DNA from: an uncultured Woeseia sp.
GTDB lineage: Bacteria; Pseudomonadota; Gammaproteobacteria; Steroidobacterales; Woeseiaceae
Assembly (NCBI GenBank): GCA_913031125.1
Contig: CAJWFK010000005.1
Coordinates: 15,671-79,670 of the forward strand
DNA length: 64,000 bases
Direction: 5' to 3'
Every line of letters starts with the position of its first letter. The stretch's first letter is position 1. The notes below the pieces were generated by a model, which was given only the letters and a program-made list of their open reading frames with translations, did not search any database and had not been told where the DNA came from. Position numbers and translations under genes: made by a program. Positions 57,306-64,000 of the stretch are shown one piece after another.

Positions 57306-57941
57306 ATGATCAAGTTACATGGCTACCCATTAAGCAATTACTACAATATGGTGAAATTTGCACTGATTGAAAAAAATATAGATTTCGAAGATGTGATAGC
57401 CGTTCCAAGGCAAGGAGAAATCTCTAGAAACAAAAGTCCATTGGGCCAAATACCTTTTATAGACACAGACCAAGGATCCTTGTCAGATACGATGGTCATT
57501 CTGGGCTATCTGGAAACCATCAAGCCAGAACCAGCACTATTACCAAAAGACACTTATGAAGCTGCCAAGGTATGGCAAGTATGTAAAGTACTCGAGCTAA
57601 ATATTGAGCTGCAAGCTCGCCGCCATTTCGGCGAATTGTTTTGGGGTGGGGCCCGCAATGAGTCTGCCGTTACAGACGCCCGAACTCTGCTTGAGAAGGG
57701 ATTATATGCCCTCAGTCAACTGGGAAGTTTTGATCCGTATTTATGCGGAGCATTCAGTATTGCGGACATTTACGCGGCACATACATTTATCTATGCAGGT
57801 CCTGCATGCCAGAAAGTCTACGGATGGGATATAGTTGCAGAAGTTAAGGGCTTACAGCACACAATAGATAAAACAAATGCAAGAAAAGCGGGGGCCATGG
57901 TAGCCGCTGATCAAAAAGCAGCATTAAACACCTATCAATAA
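57306..57941 (+). CDS. Glutathione S-transferase family protein
   Basis: 211 aa. N-terminal thioredoxin-like GST fold (KLHGYPLSNYYN…GQIPF) and helical C-domain. Confidence 0.75.
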   Translation: MIKLHGYPLSNYYNMVKFALIEKNIDFEDVIAVPRQGEISRNKSPLGQIPFIDTDQGSLSDTMVILGYLETIKPEPALLPKDTYEAAKVWQVCKVLELNIELQARRHFGELFWGGARNESAVTDARTLLEKGLYALSQLGSFDPYLCGAFSIADIYAAHTFIYAGPACQKVYGWDIVAEVKGLQHTIDKTNARKAGAMVAADQKAALNTYQ

Positions 57942-57951
57942 AAACCAAAAA

Positions 57952-59124
57952 ATGATTTCAATGTTTATTAGCCACAACAAAAATTTTGTAAGAAAAATCC
58001 TGTGTGCCGTGACAGCCTCGCTATTGATCTCATTCAGGGGAGCCGCAGCAATTGAAATTACTGAACCGTTTAAGGTCGGTACCTTTGACATTGCGGGGTC
58101 AACACGTATTGGAATTGTCCTTCGCGACAGCATCGTTGTGGAAATCAGCGAAGCAAACAAGGTCCTCGAAAAAAAAGCAGCTTACCCTCATGTGCCAATG
58201 CCAGAAAATATGATTGCACTTATTGACCGTTACGAAGACGACCTAAAGGGCCGGCTATATGAAATCGTGAATGTCCATGTCACCCAAGGTCTTCTAGATG
58301 GCCAGCGTCCAGCTTATGTGCATCAAGTAAGTGACGTGCAAACCCGACCTCCAATCATGTACCCCGGGAAAATTTTGAATGCAGCAGTAAACTTTTACAG
58401 CCATGTTGACGAATCCGGTTCTGAGGAAGAAAGAAAAAAGGCAAGAGAACTGAGACGAGATGAGCGCGGGGTCCCCTACCTATTCCTTAAACCCAGTCGC
58501 GGTGCCGTAATAGGTGACGGAGAGCCCGTTGTCATACCGTACGGGCGTGATCGAACAGACTGGGAAGTTGAACTAGGTGCCGTTATTGGTAAAACCGCAA
58601 AATATGTTTCTGCGAATGAAGCAGAAGACCACGTATTCGGGTATATGGTAACGATGGACATATCCGATCGGGGTGGCCGGCCACCGGGCGGTGCGCCGTT
58701 TAGTAGCGATTGGTTTGTCGGAAAAGGTCACGATACATTTGCACCACAAGGACCGTGGATCGTTCCTAAAGAATTCTATGGTAACCCGATGGAAATGCTG
58801 CGCCAGTCACTCAAGATCGGTGACGAACAAATGCAGGAAGCGACTGCCGGTGACATGATCCATTCTCTTTGGGAGTTAATCGAATATGGATCATCTATAA
58901 TGACTTTGTATCCAGGAGATGTGCTTAACAATGGTACGTCTGGTGGAGTAGGAATGGGCACTGCTGTTCGCGGAAAACAACGTTTCCTCCAGCCTGGTGA
59001 GATTGTAAGCGCAACAATTGATGGAATCGGAACGCTGACACATCCGGTAATTGCTGAAGCCAAGCCAGAAGGTCTAACCGGCGCTGAATTACCGCCAGTG
59101 AACACTTACAGGGAGCCCTTATGA
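57952..59124 (+). CDS. Fumarylacetoacetate hydrolase (FAH)-family protein with N-terminal signal-like segment
   Basis: 390 aa. Hydrophobic leader …ILCAVTASLLISFRGAAA/IE. FAH-domain blocks (PYLFLKP, WEVELGAVIGK, FGYMVTMDISDRG, PGDVLNNGTSGGVG). Confidence 0.75.
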   Translation: MISMFISHNKNFVRKILCAVTASLLISFRGAAAIEITEPFKVGTFDIAGSTRIGIVLRDSIVVEISEANKVLEKKAAYPHVPMPENMIALIDRYEDDLKGRLYEIVNVHVTQGLLDGQRPAYVHQVSDVQTRPPIMYPGKILNAAVNFYSHVDESGSEEERKKARELRRDERGVPYLFLKPSRGAVIGDGEPVVIPYGRDRTDWEVELGAVIGKTAKYVSANEAEDHVFGYMVTMDISDRGGRPPGGAPFSSDWFVGKGHDTFAPQGPWIVPKEFYGNPMEMLRQSLKIGDEQMQEATAGDMIHSLWELIEYGSSIMTLYPGDVLNNGTSGGVGMGTAVRGKQRFLQPGEIVSATIDGIGTLTHPVIAEAKPEGLTGAELPPVNTYREPL

Positions 59125-61172
59125 ATAAAACTAGCAGGTTTCCAATCTTATCTTTGTGCCTTTTATTTCCCGTCACCCTTCTCGGCCAGGCAAATATTAC
59201 CGAGGAGCGCATGCTTGCGGAATCAGGCAGTGGTGAGAACTGGTTCGTCCAGGGAGGTAACTTTCGCGGCGAACATTACTCGCCCCTGGATCAAGTCAAC
59301 GATGGCAACGTGAGTGAACTGGGGCTCACCTGGGTAACTGACCTGCCAATGAAAGACGGTACACCCACTACCCCAATCATTGTTGATGGCGTTATATATC
59401 TTGGAGGTGCTTATTCAATAGTTGCTGCGATCGATGCAAAAAACGGGGATATCCTGTGGACGTATGAAGCAAGCATGGAGAATACATTTTCAGAAGGACT
59501 CTCATGGATCGCCCGCGCTAATCGTGGTGTTGCGGTATGGGATGGACGCGTGTTTGCAACAGCAGCAGATTGCCGCCTCATAGCACTGGACGCCAAAACC
59601 GGGAAAGAACAGTGGACCGTGCAGACCTGTGATACCGAGGCCGGCTACTCCATCTCAGATTCCCCCTATGTCGGCGGCGGTAAAATTTATCTGGGCAACG
59701 CCGGCTCAGAATCTCGAGAAAATAACCGCGGCTATGTTGATGCCTATGATCCGGATACCGGCAAACTCATCTGGCGCTTCTACATTGTGCCAAGCCACAT
59801 TCCTGAGGAAAACGACACACCCGCATTAAAGATGGCAGCTAAAACCTGGACTGGCGATACTCTTGAAACGGTTGGTGGTGGCGGCAACAACTGGAACGAG
59901 ATGACCTATGATCCAGCATCTAACCAACTTTTTTTCGGCACATCGGGTTCAGCAAATTACGAACACCATACCCGCAGCCCAGACGGTGGTGACAACCTTT
60001 TCCTGTCATCGATCATTGCGGTTAACGCAGACACCGGCGAATACAACTGGCATTACCAGACGGTTGATAAAGACAGCTGGGATTACAACGCAACCATGAA
60101 CATTATCCTCGCCGATCTAACTATCAAGGGCGAGAACCGCGAGAGCGTATTAATCGCACCAAAGAACGGTTTTCACTATGCCCTTGACCGACACACAGGT
60201 GGGCTTCTAACCGCCGGTAAATATGCAAAAGTTAACTGGGCAACCCATATCAACATGGAAACAGGTCGTCCTTCATATGACCCAGCGGCAGAGTTTTGGA
60301 ATGTCCCAGATGGCGAAACAATATATTTCTGGCCTAATGGTTGGGGTGCGCATGGCTGGAATCCGATGGCCTATCATCCAGGACTGCGCTTATCCTATAT
60401 ACCGGCCATCGACCTACCGAGCTCAGTCGATGACCAGGGAAATAGCGAAGATGTCGTTTTTCTGACTGAAGTTGATGGCAAACCGCATGCACCAGGAAAA
60501 CTGGTTGCCTTTGATCCTGAAACTCAAAGCATTCGCTGGTCAGTTGATCACGCGCTGCCCTACAACGGCGGCCTAATGACTACTGGTGGAAATCTGGTTT
60601 TCCAGGGAAATGCCGAAGGAAATTTTGTAGCCTACGCCGCTGACTCGGGCGAGGAACTCTGGTCAGTGCAAACCGGGTCAGCGATTAATGCTGCCCCTGC
60701 AAGTTATTCTATTGACGGTGACCAATACATTCTGGTTCCGATTGGAGCCAGCGGCGGACTGCAATTTCGTTACCCACGTATGCATGCTGCAGATAGAGCT
60801 AAGGGCCCGGTTAAACTTATGGCCTTCTCAATAGGCGGAGATACCAATCCCCCCGTTTCATATGTTGGCTATCCTGAACTTCCGGACCAACCAGCACTGG
60901 ATGCATCAGATGAATCGATAACGATGGGTGCCGCTTATTACGGTTACTACTGCACAAGCTGCCACGGTAAAGACGGTATCGCACGATTTAATGGGTCAGT
61001 CCCGGATCTCCGCTATAGTGATAGTGAGATTCATTCTACGTGGCATGGAATCGTCGTTGGTGGTGCAAAAGCATCTAATGGCATGCCACGCATAGATATT
61101 TCAGTTGAGGAATCAGAAACAATCAGAAATTACATATTGTCACTATCAGAAGAGATTCGTGGCAGCAATTAA
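59121..61172 (+). CDS. Quinohemoprotein PQQ-dependent dehydrogenase (type-II alcohol dehydrogenase architecture)
   Basis: 683 aa with a signal peptide. Eight-bladed PQQ propeller blocks (…NWFVQGGNFRGEHYSPL…, repeated W motifs). C-terminal cytochrome c domain CTSCH…NGMP. ATGA overlap with the FAH gene. Confidence 0.85.
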   Translation: MNKTSRFPILSLCLLFPVTLLGQANITEERMLAESGSGENWFVQGGNFRGEHYSPLDQVNDGNVSELGLTWVTDLPMKDGTPTTPIIVDGVIYLGGAYSIVAAIDAKNGDILWTYEASMENTFSEGLSWIARANRGVAVWDGRVFATAADCRLIALDAKTGKEQWTVQTCDTEAGYSISDSPYVGGGKIYLGNAGSESRENNRGYVDAYDPDTGKLIWRFYIVPSHIPEENDTPALKMAAKTWTGDTLETVGGGGNNWNEMTYDPASNQLFFGTSGSANYEHHTRSPDGGDNLFLSSIIAVNADTGEYNWHYQTVDKDSWDYNATMNIILADLTIKGENRESVLIAPKNGFHYALDRHTGGLLTAGKYAKVNWATHINMETGRPSYDPAAEFWNVPDGETIYFWPNGWGAHGWNPMAYHPGLRLSYIPAIDLPSSVDDQGNSEDVVFLTEVDGKPHAPGKLVAFDPETQSIRWSVDHALPYNGGLMTTGGNLVFQGNAEGNFVAYAADSGEELWSVQTGSAINAAPASYSIDGDQYILVPIGASGGLQFRYPRMHAADRAKGPVKLMAFSIGGDTNPPVSYVGYPELPDQPALDASDESITMGAAYYGYYCTSCHGKDGIARFNGSVPDLRYSDSEIHSTWHGIVVGGAKASNGMPRIDISVEESETIRNYILSLSEEIRGSN

Positions 61173-61192
61173 TTTATATATAATCACCACCT

Positions 61193-61762
61193 ATGAAAAT
61201 TGAAATGCCCTTACGCGAACTCGGTGCTATTGATACAACAGCACTACGTGATGCAATTCTTGCACAGGACGAAATCGCCTGGAAGGAAGACAAATACCGT
61301 CAGGAGGAGTTTGAGGTTCATCATTCCACTGAATCCATTGTGGTACTGTTCGTGGACTTGGATAGGTGGCCGGAATTAGTTGTCAGTAAGGAACCAGGCT
61401 GGCCGCGTATAGCGGATGCCGCGCTACCAATCATGAATCAGATTATTCAGGAGTTTTACCCCCCCGGGGGAACCGTGATACGTGCGATGGCCGCAAAACT
61501 TCTCTCAGGGAAAATAATAAACCCGCACACGGATCGGCACCCGTCCTTTCATATCGGTCATCGGATACATGTACCCATCACGACAAATCCACGGGTGCGA
61601 TTTATGATTGACGGTCGACCCTATCAGCTACAGGTTGGTGAAGCGTATGAGATCAACAACCAGATGATGCATTCTGTTATGAACAAGGGTACCGAAGATC
61701 GAATTACATATATCTTCGACTACGTGCCGCCCGATCAGATTGCCGCACTCACCACTTCATGA
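61193..61762 (+). CDS. Aspartyl/asparaginyl beta-hydroxylase-like cupin (2-OG/Fe(II) oxygenase fold)
   Basis: 189 aa. HTDRHP…HRIHVPI pattern resembling the H-x-D…H facial triad region of the Asp_Arg_Hydrox family. Confidence 0.6.
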   Translation: MKIEMPLRELGAIDTTALRDAILAQDEIAWKEDKYRQEEFEVHHSTESIVVLFVDLDRWPELVVSKEPGWPRIADAALPIMNQIIQEFYPPGGTVIRAMAAKLLSGKIINPHTDRHPSFHIGHRIHVPITTNPRVRFMIDGRPYQLQVGEAYEINNQMMHSVMNKGTEDRITYIFDYVPPDQIAALTTS

Positions 61763-63338
61763 CAGGCGAAAGTATTTCGCTTAATTCATTCAGATACAGC
61801 TCGTAATTTCGCCAGAAATCAAGGGCTGAATCATAAATCGGCTCCCTGACCTGCTCGGAACTCGCGGTATTCACCGAGCGCTCACTCTTATGAAAATCAA
61901 GACAGGATTGTTCAAACGGCAGGCCGCAATGATCTAATATCCGTGCGACCTGAGAATCTATATCCCGAACCATGTCCTCGTAATCAACTCTCAACACAAC
62001 GCCAGGCATAACAGTGTCCCAGTGATCCATCATTTTAATGTATTCCAAATAATACTCGCCGAGCTCGGTCAGATCATACGACTGATTCTTTCCCTGAGCA
62101 TAAAGCTGCCGATAGTTTGCTAGGCAGGTAGCCACAGGATGCCGTCGAGCATCAATAATTTTTGCCTGCGGAAAAAGCATGTGAATTAAACCAGCATGCG
62201 GAAAATTAGCGGGCATCTTGTCTGTAAAAAATGCTTTACTCTCTGGGTTATGGGTCGAGGCTAACTGAAGGTATGCTTGACCGAACTCGTCGAGTTCTTC
62301 CTGACCAAGTTCGTTTATATTTTCAGTGTAGTGCAAACTGCCTTCATTTTTCTCGACGATACGGCTAGCAATAAGCATTATGTAAGGCAATTCACCGCCG
62401 CCCTCAACGCTACTGTGACTCGACAAAATTTGCTCAATAAGCGTTGATCCTGATCGGGGCATACCCAGAATAAAAATCGGTGTCTCGGCAAAGTGTTCTC
62501 GGTTACTTGCATCTTGCAACTTATCGGATGTGAAAGTGTCTCGGATTTTTTTCTGATCTGTTTCAGTTTTTACGGGATCATAATTAACTAACTCACGTTT
62601 TTTCTTATTGCCTTGCTCGTAGTGTGTCCAAGCAGTTTGGAAATCTTTTCTTTGCTCATAAGTCCGAGCCAACGCAAAGTGCAATCCAATTTTGGCATCA
62701 TCCGAAAGGAGATCTGCAGTTAGCTGATCCTGCATAACAACGATCTCTTCTTCTGTCATTTCATGTTTTGGGAGACTCGCGAGATACCACCATGCAGCAC
62801 CGAACTCCGGGTTAACACTGGTGCAATGCCGGTAAGACGCAAGTGCTTCGTCCGTCCGCCCTACTATCCGAAGCATATGCCCCCGCCCGATCAACGCACT
62901 TGGATCATTAGGTTCCGCCTCAAGACATCGATCATAAGCACCTAAAGCATCATCCACTCGCCCAACGATCCCGAGCATATTACCGAACAACAACTGAATA
63001 TCCGGGTTCTCTGGCAAACGTCGGGCGATCGGCTCAAGATAAGCGATTGATTCTCGATAACGGCCTCGATTTTCAAGAAATTTTGCTAAATCGCTGACCG
63101 CTCGAACATCATCCGGCTGTAGTCTGCAAACCCGCTTCAAAAAAGCTTCGGCAATGATGTACCGTTTATCCTCATGCGCCGCCAGCGCCAATACTCGAAA
63201 CGCCCCGATATTTTCAGGTTCGCGCTCAAGTACAATATCGCAGAGCTGCTCTGCTTTTTGGCTATTACCATCCCTACTTAAAGCCTCCGCCTCCCGAAGT
63301 AAATCCGGGGTTGGCATAGTGTTTTTTCCATCATCCAT
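61749..63338 (-). CDS. TPR-repeat-containing sulfotransferase
   Basis: N-terminal TPR repeats. C-terminal sulfotransferase domain with 5'-PSB loop GMPRSGSTLIEQ and a 3'-PB-like RHPVATCLANY. Start uncertain (ATG 63338 or 63317; ORF open to 63356). Confidence 0.75.
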   Translation of the reverse strand: MDDGKNTMPTPDLLREAEALSRDGNSQKAEQLCDIVLEREPENIGAFRVLALAAHEDKRYIIAEAFLKRVCRLQPDDVRAVSDLAKFLENRGRYRESIAYLEPIARRLPENPDIQLLFGNMLGIVGRVDDALGAYDRCLEAEPNDPSALIGRGHMLRIVGRTDEALASYRHCTSVNPEFGAAWWYLASLPKHEMTEEEIVVMQDQLTADLLSDDAKIGLHFALARTYEQRKDFQTAWTHYEQGNKKKRELVNYDPVKTETDQKKIRDTFTSDKLQDASNREHFAETPIFILGMPRSGSTLIEQILSSHSSVEGGGELPYIMLIASRIVEKNEGSLHYTENINELGQEELDEFGQAYLQLASTHNPESKAFFTDKMPANFPHAGLIHMLFPQAKIIDARRHPVATCLANYRQLYAQGKNQSYDLTELGEYYLEYIKMMDHWDTVMPGVVLRVDYEDMVRDIDSQVARILDHCGLPFEQSCLDFHKSERSVNTASSEQVREPIYDSALDFWRNYELYLNELSEILSPVMKW

Positions 63339-64000
63339 GGATGCCAGCCGCAGCAATGACCTCAGGAATAGCGGTAAGGTCCTTGGATGCCATGAGATTA
63401 ACGCCCACGATTCCCGGCATCTCGGTCATTGCGTCAATCGTCTCGGCTGCAATGAGTATTCCTTCCCTGCGTGGATCTTGTGATTTTTCCAAGCGACCAA
63501 TGATCCTATCCGGCAACATAACATTCGGCCGGTTATCTTTGAGCCACCTAGCGTCCTCCGCAGAACCAAGCACTGCAACGGCACCTACAATACTGGTACG
63601 CTGGATGAGCTTGTTGGCTACAAGGTGCTTTAAGTACCGGCGAAGTAACGTGACATCCATGCAGATGTGTGTCTGCAAATAATGTGCCCCCGCGTCAACT
63701 TTTTCTCGCAACTGCTTTGCCTTCCAGTCTGGCTTAGGCATAACCGGCGTCACCACACCACCAACTAGGAAATCGGGTTTAACCGTAAGGTTTTCATCGG
63801 CATTTACCGTATTTGCTATCCTGATAAGATCTACTGCATTGACGTCAAGCACCGGCTTGGGTCGCGGTTGAAACTGTTCGGGAGCGCGTTCTCCAGCAAC
63901 AAGCATAAGACTGGTCACACCGACCGTTGCCGCACCTAACAAATCGCTAACCAGAGCAATCCGGTTCCGATTGCGGCTAGTGAGTTGAACAATTGGATCA
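63331..64000 (-). CDS. Methylenetetrahydrofolate reductase-like protein (5' end outside the window)
   Basis: The reading frame stays open to the window edge (…DPIVQLTSRNRNRIALVSDLLGAATVGVTSLMLVAGE…). This resembles the MTHFR TCRDRNR…L.GD core. Distinct from the 51155-52009 copy. Confidence 0.6.
   Translation of the reverse strand, partial: DPIVQLTSRNRNRIALVSDLLGAATVGVTSLMLVAGERAPEQFQPRPKPVLDVNAVDLIRIANTVNADENLTVKPDFLVGGVVTPVMPKPDWKAKQLREKVDAGAHYLQTHICMDVTLLRRYLKHLVANKLIQRTSIVGAVAVLGSAEDARWLKDNRPNVMLPDRIIGRLEKSQDPRREGILIAAETIDAMTEMPGIVGVNLMASKDLTAIPEVIAAAGIHG

Noticed and set aside
1-64000. Mobile elements, CRISPR arrays, tRNA/rRNA genes, toxin-antitoxin or phage-defence cassettes
   Set aside because: There is no direct-repeat array, no transposase, integrase or recombinase-like ORF, no nuclease/helicase/ATPase defence signatures, and no non-coding gap long enough for a structured RNA gene other than those discussed.

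Overview
This 64-kb window is almost entirely coding: about 52 protein genes. I found no rRNA, tRNA, CRISPR array, transposase, integrase, defence gene or recognisable transcription factor. All calls rest on reading the supplied translations for motifs; no BLAST or HMM search was possible. Gene content (very large TonB-dependent receptor, many exported hydrolases, compact junctions) suggests a streamlined marine proteobacterium, but that is a guess. There are four blocks. (1) 18-20,735 is an amine, guanidino-compound and polyamine theme. It holds two class-III aminotransferases, an APC permease, two tandem signal-peptide-bearing agmatinase-family enzymes, a Tat-exported SpdH-like flavoprotein, an orphan molybdopterin large subunit, a Tat-signal class-V PLP enzyme and a BKACE enzyme. 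A Lol/MacB-like envelope system (LolA-like protein, two FtsX permeases, ATPase, beta-barrel OMP) is embedded in it. (2) 23,565-46,395 is an island of about ten exported or lipoprotein hydrolases around an approximately 1,120-aa TonB-dependent receptor. Members include amidohydrolases, an M28-FN3 peptidase, GGT, D-aminoacylase, a DD-peptidase/beta-lactamase-fold protein, a BNR/sortilin-like protein and an NHL propeller, with cytochromes, NhaC-type transporters, DapF and AlaX nearby. (3) 46,655-55,071 is a tightly coupled eight-gene corrinoid-dependent methyl-transfer operon: corrinoid protein, DUF1638, 'virulence factor'-domain protein, methyl-THF:corrinoid methyltransferase, RACo-type reductive activase, MetF and two divergent non-pyrrolysine MttB-family methyltransferases. 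This is my best candidate for an undescribed system. Its corrinoid carrier has a strongly acidic N-terminus, while all four enzymes that must dock on it carry Arg/Lys-rich termini. (4) 55,100-64,000 holds homocysteine S-methyltransferase, a DUF6152 pair, a GST, a signal-peptide FAH-family protein coupled to a quinohemoprotein PQQ dehydrogenase, an Asp/Asn beta-hydroxylase-like cupin, a TPR-sulfotransferase and a 5'-truncated second MTHFR-like gene. Only one convincing intrinsic terminator is visible (24,965-24,996). Several convergent gene pairs abut or share stop codons.
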